From: Lachnospiraceae bacterium
GTDB taxonomy: Bacteria > Bacillota > Clostridia > Lachnospirales > Lachnospiraceae
Reading direction: 5' to 3'
DNA: 64,000 nucleotides
Assembly (NCBI GenBank): GCA_024684355.1
Contig: JAIKXA010000060.1
Span: forward strand, 13,476 to 77,475
The notes beneath the pieces are model-generated. The model saw only the letters and a list, made by a program, of their open reading frames with translations, did no database searches and was not told where the DNA came from. Positions 10,128-19,312 of this stretch are shown in pieces (positions within the stretch are counted from its first letter, which is position 1; every line of letters begins with the position of its first letter). The translations under genes and the position numbers were made by a program.

Positions 10128-10369
10128 GTCGGTCGGAGCACCGCCATAGGATAAAACCTTAAGCGTGCAGCGGATATACTACGGGCACAGCTGCTTGTAG
10201 GCGAGGCAAAAATCGGTTAACCAAACCGATTTTTGAGCGAAGCCTAAGTGCGTCCGGTATCAAGCGGACGCACGGTTGCGAGCGTCCGAAGCCGGAATGC
10301 AGATGGGGACGTTAAGTATATCCCTGCTAAGTGGTGATGGTTTTAGACTATGTCGGTGCTCCGACCGAC
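10128..10369 (+). ncRNA. Candidate structured RNA of about 242 nt (6S-like rod or other ncRNA/leader; a MITE-like inverted-repeat element is the alternative)
   Basis: 16 perfect Watson-Crick pairs between 10128-10143 and 10354-10369. The stem is extended by 10146-49/10348-51, tandem G.A, 10152-58/10339-45, 10167-70/10324-27 and 10172-80/10315-23. Internal perfect hairpins at 10208-18/10224-34 and 10248-56/10265-73. TATAAT (10105-10) and TATGAT (10115-20) lie just upstream. No plausible ORF. Confidence 0.4.
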
Positions 10370-10398
10370 GGAATAGAAATAAGGACGGAGGAAAACAT

Positions 10399-11491
10399 CA
10401 TGAGCTGGTGGGGGAATGAGACCTCAGTCAGGTTTCCGAACATTGGTATAGAGTTCAACGATCTTCCGAGAGGCTTTGCCATAGGAGATTTTAAGATCGC
10501 ATTTTACGGTATCCTGGTAGCGGCGGGAATGCTTCTCGGTATAGCCATATCCAAATGGAAGGCAAGAAAGACCGGTCAGGATCAGGACATATATCTTGAT
10601 TTTGCACTATGGGCCATACCGTTTTCGGTACTGGGTGCCAGATTATATTACGTGATCTTTGAGTGGGATCAGTTCAGCGGATTTTTGGATTTCTTTAATT
10701 TAAGAAAAGGCGGACTGGCCATATACGGCGGCGTAATAGTTGCAATAATTTCCGTTTTTGTATATTCAAGGATCAAAAAGCTTAAGGTCGGTCTTATGGC
10801 CGATACGGGTATCATAGGTCTGATACTCGGTCAGGCGATAGGACGCTGGGGCAACTTCTTTAACAGGGAAGTATTCGGAAAGTTCACCGATTCGATATTT
10901 GCGATGCAGATAGATGTTACAGACAAAAACTTAAGCAGCATCTATAATCCCGCAGTCATGCCGGAAAGTACACTTCGTACCATGTATGAGGGTAAGGAGA
11001 CCGTACTCAACAACATTATAGAAATACGAAACAATATAATGGTTCTGTCTGACGGCAGACAGTTTATACAGGTACACCCCACATTCCTTTATGAGTTTGC
11101 ATGGAATCTTCTGGTACTTTGCATGCTGCTTTTTGCATGGCCCAGAAAGAAGTTTAACGGTGAGATACTGCTTTTGTACTTTGCAGGATACGGTCTTGGC
11201 AGATTCTTTATAGAGGGTATCAGAACGGACCAGCTCTATATCTGGGGTACCGGACTTGCGGTTTCGCAGGTGCTTTCCGCAGTATTGTTTATCGTGGCAG
11301 TGATACTTATCATAGTATTCAGGACAAAGGCGATCCGTTCCGGTGAGGCAAAGTCGGTATCACTCGTACTTGAAAAAGCGGAAGAGAGCTTTGGAGCATC
11401 TAAAGACGATGAAGGTCCGAAGGTTAAGGACGCAGTCGTAAATGATGCAAAGTATAAGGACTTGAACATTAAAGATATAAATGATCTATGA
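10399..11491 (+). CDS. lgt: Prolipoprotein diacylglyceryl transferase
   Basis: ATG at 10399 sits 8 nt after GGAGG; the track start at 10331 lies inside the structured element. Motifs GRWGNFFNREVFG and HPTFLYE. Multi-TM protein with a charged C-terminal tail. Confidence 0.9.
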
Positions 11492-11566
11492 TATGATATC
11501 GTTTCAAAAACTCGGAAACGCTGAAGGCATTTTAGAGGTGACAGCGACATATCGGACAATTTGATA

Positions 11567-11620
11567 ATGCATAAAAAAACAGGTTTGGCAACAAACTTGT
11601 TTTTTTATGCATTTTTTTTG
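11567..11620 (+). terminator. Rho-independent terminator after lgt
   Basis: A 21-bp stem (11567-87 / 11592-612, one G.U) with loop GCAA, followed by T8. Confidence 0.8.
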
Positions 11621-11730
11621 TATTTTTCAAAATAATTGTGGTGAACATACATTCGCATACAACATATAGATATTGCACAAAAACGAGTAAAAAAATTTTG
11701 GAAAAATATGAATTTTTACTCAAAAAAGTA

Positions 11731-11759
11731 TTGATTTTCCAGAAATTATGTTATATGAT
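11731..11759 (+). promoter_or_regulatory. Sigma-A type promoter of the dcw operon (Pmra)
   Basis: TTGATT (11731-36), 17-nt spacer, TATGAT (11754-59). Confidence 0.6.
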
Positions 11760-11770
11760 TATGGTGTTCG

Positions 11771-11810
11771 GTGGTGGAAAGTGGTGTAAAGTGGAACGAA
11801 GTGGAGGTGA
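11771..11810 (+). promoter_or_regulatory. MraZ operator: four GTGG-initiated direct repeats at exact 10-nt phasing
   Basis: GTGGTGGAAA / GTGGTGTAAA / GTGGAACGAA / GTGGAGGTGA at 11771, 11781, 11791 and 11801, between the -10 box and the mraZ start codon. Confidence 0.75.
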
Positions 11811-11815
11811 TGACG

Positions 11816-12247
11816 ATGTTCATGGGTGAATTTGACCATACAATTGACGTAAAGAACAGAGTCATCGTTCCTGCAAAGTTTCGTGATGAACTTGGAGAGA
11901 AGTTTGTGGTATCTGCCGGACTTGACGGATGTCTGTACCTCACCAAGAAAGAGGACTGGGAGGAGTTCGCAGGCCGTCTTGCAGAGCTTCCCATGACAAA
12001 AGAGTCAAGACAGCTGGTAAGATTCTTTATGAAGAACGCACAGGAGTGCGAGCCGGATAAGCAGGGAAGAATAGTTATTCCCCAGGGCTTAAAGGAAATG
12101 GCCGGACTTGAAAAGGATATAGTCATGATCGGATCGGTAAGCAAGGTTGAGATCTGGAGCAAGGAGAAGCTTGACAGCCAGTCCGGTGATGAGAGCATGG
12201 AGGATATCGTAGAGAAGCTTTCTACAGAGTATGGACTTAAGTTCTGA
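11816..12247 (+). CDS. mraZ: Transcriptional regulator MraZ
   Basis: Starts [23 protein letters not shown] after a GGAGG RBS. Second SpoVT/AbrB-like repeat [18 protein letters not shown]. Confidence 0.93.
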   Translation: MFMGEFDHTIDVKNRVIVPAKFRDELGEKFVVSAGLDGCLYLTKKEDWEEFAGRLAELPMTKESRQLVRFFMKNAQECEPDKQGRIVIPQGLKEMAGLEKDIVMIGSVSKVEIWSKEKLDSQSGDESMEDIVEKLSTEYGLKF

Positions 12248-13206
12248 TGAGGTTGGTTATGAGTGAGGAGATACAGTTTAATCACCGGTCGGTTCTTTTG
12301 GATGAAACCCTTGAGGGCCTGAACATAAGACCAAACGGGATATATGTGGATGGAACTCTCGGAGGAGCCGGGCATTCATCGGAGTTACTGAAAAGAGAGT
12401 CCACTGCAAAGCTCATAGGTATCGATCAGGATCCGGACGCCATAAAAGCCGCATCCAAAAGGCTTGAGCCTTATGGCGACAGAGTAACGATAGTAAAAAG
12501 CAACTACGAAAACATAGGACGGATATTAAAAGAAAGAAACATAGATAAGGTGGACGGCATACTCCTTGACTTAGGAGTTTCCTCCTACCAGCTGGATACT
12601 CCGGAACGCGGCTTCTCATACATGAGCGATGCACCGCTCGACATGAGGATGGATACCGAATCCGAAAGGACCGCATCGGATATAGTAAACGGCTACAGTG
12701 AAAACGAGCTTTTCCGGATCATAAGAGATTACGGAGAAGACAGATTCGCAAAAAACATCGCAAAACACATAGTTGCCGCAAGAGCAGCTAAGAAGATAGA
12801 GACAACGTTTGAGCTCAATGACATAATAAGAGCTTCGATACCCGCTAAAGTGCGGGAGACAGGAGGACACCCGTCCAAAAGAACATTCCAGGCAATAAGG
12901 ATAGAGCTTAACAGAGAACTTGAGGTTCTCGAAGAGAGTATACAGGGCATGATAGACCTCTTAAATGACAAAGGCCGGCTCTGCATCATAACGTTCCACT
13001 CCTTAGAAGACAGGATAGTAAAAAAAGCTTTCAACACAGCAGAAAACCCGTGCATATGTCCTCCGGGATTTCCGGTATGTGTATGCGGAAGGAAGTCAAA
13101 AGGAAAGCACCTTACAAAAAAAGCCATCACTCCGTCAGATGTCGAGATGAATGACAATCCGAGGAGTAAAAGCAGCAAGCTCAGGATATTCGAGCGTTGC
13201 AGATAA
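12247..13206 (+). CDS. rsmH: 16S rRNA (cytosine1402-N4)-methyltransferase RsmH (MraW)
   Basis: Motifs [19 protein letters not shown] and [10 protein letters not shown]. An alternative start at 12259 is possible. Confidence 0.93.
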   Translation: MRLVMSEEIQFNHRSVLLDETLEGLNIRPNGIYVDGTLGGAGHSSELLKRESTAKLIGIDQDPDAIKAASKRLEPYGDRVTIVKSNYENIGRILKERNIDKVDGILLDLGVSSYQLDTPERGFSYMSDAPLDMRMDTESERTASDIVNGYSENELFRIIRDYGEDRFAKNIAKHIVAARAAKKIETTFELNDIIRASIPAKVRETGGHPSKRTFQAIRIELNRELEVLEESIQGMIDLLNDKGRLCIITFHSLEDRIVKKAFNTAENPCICPPGFPVCVCGRKSKGKHLTKKAITPSDVEMNDNPRSKSSKLRIFERCR

Positions 13207-13253
13207 TACGCTAAAAAGCGGGAAGGGAAAGCGCCAAGAGCGCAGGAGAAAGA

Positions 13254-13835
13254 ATGGCAGACGTTAAGAAAAACAAATTCACGTATGACAGAAACTACTA
13301 CGAAAACATGTCAAAGCATGTATCGGGTACTGCAGCCAAGGCGTTGGATGCTCTTGAATACGAAGAGGATTTCTTTGAGGACGGAGAAATTTTTGACGAG
13401 GAATACTCGGAGTATGATTTTGAGACTTCCCCCAAGAAAAAAGAACCTGTACAGCCTGCCATCCGGGTTACCCCCGAAAGGCACAGAAAAGAAAAAGTCA
13501 AAGTAAGATATAAATTCAATATCGTAACCCTGATGATGATCGTTGTTTCGATCGTTGCACTTGTTGGAGCAAGCTACAAGTACATCGAAGTAAGAGCCGA
13601 TATCATCCAGGCAAACAAGAAAATATCGGCAGCACAGAACGAGCTTAAGGACATCCAGAACAAGAACAATGCTCTCTTAGGAAAGCTCGATGTGGAAATG
13701 GACAGAAATTACATCTATGCCGTAGCTGTAGAAAAGCTCGGCATGAGATATCCGAAGGAGAACGATATCGTATATTACGAAAAATCAGATGAGGGATATG
13801 TAAGACAGTATCATGATATCCCCGAAATAAAGTAA
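13254..13835 (+). CDS. ftsL: Cell division protein FtsL/septum-formation-initiator-like (bitopic, coiled coil)
   Basis: Position between rsmH and the PBP gene. Acidic N-terminal region, single TM (IVTLMMIVVSIVALVGA) and a short coiled coil. Confidence 0.7.
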   Translation: MADVKKNKFTYDRNYYENMSKHVSGTAAKALDALEYEEDFFEDGEIFDEEYSEYDFETSPKKKEPVQPAIRVTPERHRKEKVKVRYKFNIVTLMMIVVSIVALVGASYKYIEVRADIIQANKKISAAQNELKDIQNKNNALLGKLDVEMDRNYIYAVAVEKLGMRYPKENDIVYYEKSDEGYVRQYHDIPEIK

Positions 13836-13931
13836 ATAACGGCACTAAGGTTGATGACTCTGGGTGAGGGAATGCTATGTTTCCTTCACCCATTATAGCG
13901 TTTTATTTGGGATAAAGACAGGAGCGTATCA

Positions 13932-15827
13932 ATGGCAAAGAGAAAGAGGACTAGAAGATTTAATGATATAATGAAGCTCAGTCTTTATTTTGTTTTTCTG
14001 GGTATAATAGCCATCTGCGTTATCCTTATCGGAAGAATGGTATGGATCAACAATAACAACGGTGACGAATATGCCAGAAAAGTGCTTTCACAGCAGGCAT
14101 ACGCAAGCCAGACACTGGTAGCTGAGCGCGGTATGATAACCGACAGAAACGGCATAACACTGGCCAGAAGCGAAAAAACATACAATGTCATAATCGATCC
14201 TGATGTTATATTAAGTCATGATTACTACATGGAGCCCACTTTGCTCGCCATGGAAGAGTGTCTCGGATACGACCGCGAGACCATGACAAAGCTTATAAAC
14301 GACAACTCGAAAAGTAGATATCTTGTATATGAGAAAAACATAGAGTATACGAAAGTATCCGATTTCAACAGTTATAAATCAAAGCATAAATTCGTAGTAG
14401 GCGTTTGGTTTGAAGAGGAATACACCAGAGTCTACCCGTACGGGAATTTCGCATCCCATGTAATAGGGTTTGCCACAAGGGACGGCGGAAACTACGGCTT
14501 AGAGCAGTATTACGACGGGATCTTAAGCGGTACCGAGGGCTTGGAGTACGGATACTACGATCCCGAGCTTAACAGACAGAAAACCGTAAAGGATGCGGAA
14601 AACGGATACACCTTGGAAACTACGCTGGACTTTAATATCCAGACGGTCATCCAGAAAAAGATAGAAAAATTCCGAGACGAGATCGGCTGCAACAATATCG
14701 GAGTCATCGTTATGAACCCCAACAACGGCGAGATCTACGGAATGGCATCAAATTACGAGTACGATCTAAACACCCCCCGTTCGTTAGTGGGCCTGTTTAC
14801 GGAAGAAGAGATTGAGGAGATGACTCCCGAGCAGAAAACAAACGAGCTGTTTAAGATGTGGAGAAACTTCTGTATATCTGACACATATGAACCCGGTTCC
14901 ACATTTAAGACCATAACGGTCGCATCGGCACTGGAAGAAAATGCCGTAAAGACTTCGGATCACTTCACATGTCTCGGATATTCCGAAAAAGGCGGATGGA
15001 GGATCGGCTGTAACAAGAAGAGCGGACACGGAAACCTGACTCTTGCGGAATCCCTTATGAAGTCGTGTAACTGTGCTTTGATGGAAATAGTGGAAAAGCT
15101 CGGAGCGGATGCTTTTTACAGATACCAGAGGATGTTCGGTTTCGGAGAGAAGACCGGAATAGACTTAACCGGTGAGGCAACAGGCATCCTGATCCCCAGG
15201 AACAAGCTGAACGTAACAGAGCTTGCAACCAGCAGCTTCGGTACAACATTTAACGTAACCATGATACAGATAGCTGCAGCGTATGCATCGATACTTAACG
15301 GCGGCACATATTACACACCTCACGTAGTAAAAGAGATCAAGACGGCTGACGGTGTAACATTAAAGAAGGACGACAACGTACCCGTTAGAAATACAGTCAG
15401 CAAGACGACATCGGAATTCATACATGAAGCATTGTACATGACAGTTGAATCCGGTACGGCAACACCTGCAAAGGTAAAGGGTTATCTTGTCGGAGGAAAG
15501 ACAGGTACCGCACAGAAAAGACCCAGAACGGAAAAGAAATACGTGGTTTCATTCGTAGGCTTTGCACCTGCTGACGATCCTCAGGTTATGACCTATGTCG
15601 TAATGGATGAGATACACGATGAGAGTATTGCCGGAAGCAGCAGTTCCGCAACCAGGATGACTTCCGAGATATTAAACGAGATACTTCCTTATCTCGGGCT
15701 TTATCCCGAAGGCGAGATCAATTATGTAGTAGATCTTGATCTGCTTCAGGATCCCGATATCGATATAGGAGACGAGATAAATGACGATGTTCTTCCTGAG
15801 GGTATAGATCAGGAAGTTGAAATGTAA
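13932..15827 (+). CDS. Class B penicillin-binding protein (FtsI/PBP2B-type transpeptidase)
   Basis: N-terminal TM plus dimerisation domain. SxxK (STFK), SxN (SCN) and KTG (KTGTA) motifs. Confidence 0.92.
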   Translation: MAKRKRTRRFNDIMKLSLYFVFLGIIAICVILIGRMVWINNNNGDEYARKVLSQQAYASQTLVAERGMITDRNGITLARSEKTYNVIIDPDVILSHDYYMEPTLLAMEECLGYDRETMTKLINDNSKSRYLVYEKNIEYTKVSDFNSYKSKHKFVVGVWFEEEYTRVYPYGNFASHVIGFATRDGGNYGLEQYYDGILSGTEGLEYGYYDPELNRQKTVKDAENGYTLETTLDFNIQTVIQKKIEKFRDEIGCNNIGVIVMNPNNGEIYGMASNYEYDLNTPRSLVGLFTEEEIEEMTPEQKTNELFKMWRNFCISDTYEPGSTFKTITVASALEENAVKTSDHFTCLGYSEKGGWRIGCNKKSGHGNLTLAESLMKSCNCALMEIVEKLGADAFYRYQRMFGFGEKTGIDLTGEATGILIPRNKLNVTELATSSFGTTFNVTMIQIAAAYASILNGGTYYTPHVVKEIKTADGVTLKKDDNVPVRNTVSKTTSEFIHEALYMTVESGTATPAKVKGYLVGGKTGTAQKRPRTEKKYVVSFVGFAPADDPQVMTYVVMDEIHDESIAGSSSSATRMTSEILNEILPYLGLYPEGEINYVVDLDLLQDPDIDIGDEINDDVLPEGIDQEVEM

Positions 15828-15860
15828 CATGACTAAAAATCTTATTTGACGGAGGCAGTT

Positions 15861-17222
15861 ATGGATTTCAAAGGTAAAAAGGTGTTGATCATCGGAGCGG
15901 GAAAGAGCGGTATAGCCGCAGCGGATCTCTTAAGCGGGGAACAGGCAGATATTATCCTGTATGATGACAAGAAAATTAACGAGGAAGAGGTCAGAGAAAA
16001 ACTTTCCAAAGGTTTTAACGGCAGGATCATATCGGAAAAACTTTCCGATGAAGAGTGCCCGAACCCGGATTACCTTATCTTAAGCCCCGGAGTACCGATC
16101 GATTCTCCTATGGTACTTAAATACAAGGAAAAAGGCGCATGCATAATCGGTGAAGTCGAGCTCGCGTATTATTACACAAAGGGCAAGATCGTAGCGGTCA
16201 CCGGTACAAACGGAAAGACCACAACTACAGCACTTACCGGTGCTCTTATGAAAAAGAAATACGACAATACGCTGGTAGGCGGAAACATCGGAATACCTTA
16301 TACCGAGATATGTTTAAAGAGCTCCGACGACGGTGTGACCGTAGCGGAAATGAGCAGCTTCCAGCTGGATACGACGGTTGCATTTCATCCGTACATAAGC
16401 ATGATACTTAATATCACGCCCGATCATCTTGACAGACATCATACGATGGAAAATTACATAAATGCAAAGTTCAACTGCACAAAGAACCAGACGGAAGATG
16501 AGCTGTGCATCTTAAATTACGAGGATGAGGTATTAAGAAAGAAAGCAGAAGGCATCAAAGCTAAGATATGCTGGTTCTCATCAAAGACTCCTCTTATGGA
16601 CGGTATGGTATACGAAGACGGAGCCATATACGAGGTAAAGGACGGAGTAAGGGAAAAGGTAATTAATGTTAATGAGATGATGCTCATCGGAAGACATAAC
16701 TATGAAAACGTCATGGCGGCCGTAGCAGCGGCAAGGTTTATGGGCGTACCCATGGATCTTATCCGAGAAGGCTTAAGAGAGTTTAAACCGGTAGAACATC
16801 GTATAGAGTACGTTGAGACTATTAACGGAGTTAAATACTATAATGATTCCAAGGGAACAAATCCCGATGCGTCAATACAGGCGGTAAAAGCCATGACAGG
16901 TCCGACATTCCTTATAGGCGGAGGATATGATAAAGGTTCCGAATATGACGAGTGGATAGAAAGCTTTGACGGAAAGATCAAGAAGCTGCTCCTTATGGGT
17001 CAGACAAGGGATAAGATAGCGGCATGTGCAAGAAAGCACGGTTATAACGATCTTGTATTTGTCGAGAGTATGGAAGAAGCCGTTGATTACTGTTACAAAA
17101 ATGCGGTAAGCGGCGATACGGTATTGCTTTCACCCTGCTGTGCAAGCTGGGGCATGTTTAAGAACTACGAAGAGCGCGGAAGAATATTCAAAGACTTGGT
17201 TATTAAAAAGAGCAGAGGATAA
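15861..17222 (+). CDS. murD: UDP-N-acetylmuramoylalanine--D-glutamate ligase
   Basis: ATG at 15861 after GGAGG. Motifs GAGKSG, VTGTNGKTTTT and DSKGTNPDA. Confidence 0.92.
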   Translation: MDFKGKKVLIIGAGKSGIAAADLLSGEQADIILYDDKKINEEEVREKLSKGFNGRIISEKLSDEECPNPDYLILSPGVPIDSPMVLKYKEKGACIIGEVELAYYYTKGKIVAVTGTNGKTTTTALTGALMKKKYDNTLVGGNIGIPYTEICLKSSDDGVTVAEMSSFQLDTTVAFHPYISMILNITPDHLDRHHTMENYINAKFNCTKNQTEDELCILNYEDEVLRKKAEGIKAKICWFSSKTPLMDGMVYEDGAIYEVKDGVREKVINVNEMMLIGRHNYENVMAAVAAARFMGVPMDLIREGLREFKPVEHRIEYVETINGVKYYNDSKGTNPDASIQAVKAMTGPTFLIGGGYDKGSEYDEWIESFDGKIKKLLLMGQTRDKIAACARKHGYNDLVFVESMEEAVDYCYKNAVSGDTVLLSPCCASWGMFKNYEERGRIFKDLVIKKSRG

Positions 17223-17224
17223 AA

Positions 17225-18412
17225 GTGGAGAAGGTTAAGCAGCAGAGCAGAGTTAAACAGGTTTTGAGCCATTATGACGCTATACTGGGCATACTGGTGT
17301 TGTTTATATGCGTTTTCGGACTTGTCATGATATACAGTGCAAGCTCTTACAGGGCAGAGTATTATTATGGCGATTCGAAGCTTTATTTTCGACGCCAGGG
17401 ACTGTTCATCGTGATAGGCGTAGTTGTCATGATCGCCGTTTCACTCATTGATTACAGGTTTTACCTTAAAAAGATAAAGTTCATAAAGATAAGACCCGTA
17501 ACGATACTGGCACTCATTTGTTTTGCACTGCATGCGTATGCTTTGCTTAACGGACACGAATCCGGCGGTTCAAAGAGATGGATCGAGCTCGGAGGCGGCA
17601 TAAACCTTCAGCCTTCAGAGCTATCAAAGGTCTGCTTCGTTCTGCTTGCGGCATTCTTGGCCGGAAAGAGAAAAAGGTTTATCAATACCGGCAATTTCTT
17701 TAAAAACCTGTTCGGCTTCGTGTTACTGTTCCTTTTCTTTGTACCGATACTCGGCATAGTAGCTTACCAGAACCTTTCATCTGCAATTATCCTTGCAGGT
17801 ATAGTAACGGTCATTTTCTTCTGTGCAAGTATGGATAAAAAGTACTTCATAGTAATAGCAGCACTGATGGTCGGTGCCGTTATACTTTTGATAGCACTTA
17901 AAGGATACCGATCCGAACGTATCATGCATTTCTTATATCCCGAGAGCATGGATCCCGGCGACCAGATACTGCAGGGACTGTATGCCATAGCTTCGGGCGG
18001 GCTTTTCGGAAAAGGACTCGGAAACAGTGTACAGAAACTGGGAAATATCCCCGAAGTACATACGGATATGATATTTACGATCATATGTGAGGAGCTCGGC
18101 ATAATAGGCGGTATAGCTCTTATCGGTCTTTTCCTGCTCCTTTTATGGAGAATATTTAAGATAGCACTTAATGCACCCGATATATACGGTGCTCTTATAG
18201 CAACAGGAGTCCTGGCACAGCTTTCCATTCAGATGATAATGAATGTGGCCGTAGTAACAAACAGTATTCCGGCGACCGGTGTACCGCTGCCGTTTGTAAG
18301 CTACGGAGGAAGCTCGCTTCTCATCATGATGGCTGAGATAGGTATAGTACTGAACGTATCGAAGCGTACGAGAGAAGACATAGAAGACGAGGATTTCGCG
18401 GAGGAAACATAA
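17225..18412 (+). CDS. ftsW: SEDS-family peptidoglycan polymerase FtsW/SpoVE
   Basis: Polytopic membrane protein with motif PATGVPLPFVSYGGSS. Located in the dcw cluster. Confidence 0.9.
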   Translation: MEKVKQQSRVKQVLSHYDAILGILVLFICVFGLVMIYSASSYRAEYYYGDSKLYFRRQGLFIVIGVVVMIAVSLIDYRFYLKKIKFIKIRPVTILALICFALHAYALLNGHESGGSKRWIELGGGINLQPSELSKVCFVLLAAFLAGKRKRFINTGNFFKNLFGFVLLFLFFVPILGIVAYQNLSSAIILAGIVTVIFFCASMDKKYFIVIAALMVGAVILLIALKGYRSERIMHFLYPESMDPGDQILQGLYAIASGGLFGKGLGNSVQKLGNIPEVHTDMIFTIICEELGIIGGIALIGLFLLLLWRIFKIALNAPDIYGALIATGVLAQLSIQMIMNVAVVTNSIPATGVPLPFVSYGGSSLLIMMAEIGIVLNVSKRTREDIEDEDFAEET

Positions 18413-18490
18413 CAAACACGTATGCCGTCGTCATGAGCTGCGGTCGGCATACATTCGTCTTATAACGTAAAAACCGGGGAAGGAGGCACA

Positions 18491-19219
18491 ATGAGGATCA
18501 AAAAAAGTACTATTATAAAAATCGCAGTATTGTGCCTGTTCATAGCCGGAGTAATATGGTATTTCGAAAATTTCAAACTGGAAAATCTTATCATAGAGGG
18601 CGGGACCCATTATACACCCGAAGAAATAGAAGAGATGCTCGTAAAAAGCGATTTTGATAAGTATACGCATGCCTTTTATTTCAAGTACGAGGTTTTTTCT
18701 TCACCCGACCCAATCCCCTTTGTAGAAAAACTTGATATCGAGGTAGTGGACAGAAACACGATCCATATACAGGTATATGACAAGATTCTGACCGGATGCG
18801 TAGAGCACATGGGCAGATATATGCACTTTGACAGAGAAGGCATAGTGGTGGAAAGCTCCATGGAACCCGATATGGGAGTGCCCGTGATCACAGGACTTCC
18901 GTTTACCAAGGTGGTACTCGGACAGAAGCTTGAGATAGAAGATGACGGGCTGTTTGAAAAGATACAGGAGCTTACGCTTTTACTTAAAGAAAACGGTATA
19001 GAGTGCCAGAGGATCAATTTTGATATAAGGAGAAACATAACACTTTATATCGGCGGTTCGGAAGCTCAGCTCGGAACCGACAGGGTATTCGACTATAAGA
19101 TCAGCGCTTTAAAGAAGGTTTTGGAAGCCTCCGGAGGAGTTGATTATGTATATGATCTGAAGAATTACACACCCGAGTCGGGAGAAATAACGGGAAAAAT
19201 CAAAAAAAATGTAGAATAA
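18491..19219 (+). CDS. ftsQ: Cell division protein FtsQ/DivIB (POTRA)
   Basis: N-terminal TM and a POTRA-like segment (NLIIEGGTHYTPEEIEEML). Lies immediately upstream of ftsZ. Confidence 0.8.
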   Translation: MRIKKSTIIKIAVLCLFIAGVIWYFENFKLENLIIEGGTHYTPEEIEEMLVKSDFDKYTHAFYFKYEVFSSPDPIPFVEKLDIEVVDRNTIHIQVYDKILTGCVEHMGRYMHFDREGIVVESSMEPDMGVPVITGLPFTKVVLGQKLEIEDDGLFEKIQELTLLLKENGIECQRINFDIRRNITLYIGGSEAQLGTDRVFDYKISALKKVLEASGGVDYVYDLKNYTPESGEITGKIKKNVE

Positions 19220-19242
19220 TTGTAAAAAATTTAAGAATTTAC

Positions 19243-19271
19243 TTGATTATTTTCTCCAATGAATGTATTAT
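19243..19271 (+). promoter_or_regulatory. Putative ftsZ-proximal promoter
   Basis: TTGATT (19243-48), 17-nt spacer, TATTAT (19266-71). Confidence 0.5.
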
Positions 19272-19312
19272 ATTGGTATGTGTGATTTCAAGTTCATAAG
19301 GAGGGCAAGACC

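Noticed and set aside
10128-10369. Identity of the structured element as SRP RNA, RNase P RNA, tmRNA or a T-box/riboswitch.
   Set aside because: It lacks the helix-8 GGAA/AGCA motif context of SRP. It lacks the GAGGAAAGUCC-type core of RNase P and the tRNA-like ends of tmRNA. No known ligand-riboswitch core was recognised. It is therefore left as an unclassified candidate.
11638-11829. A 63-aa ORF covering the Pmra promoter and MraZ boxes, and a 62-aa ORF at 50244-50432 in the typA/thrH spacer.
   Set aside because: They have no RBS and overlap clear promoter/operator signals. Their AT-rich translations look non-protein-like.
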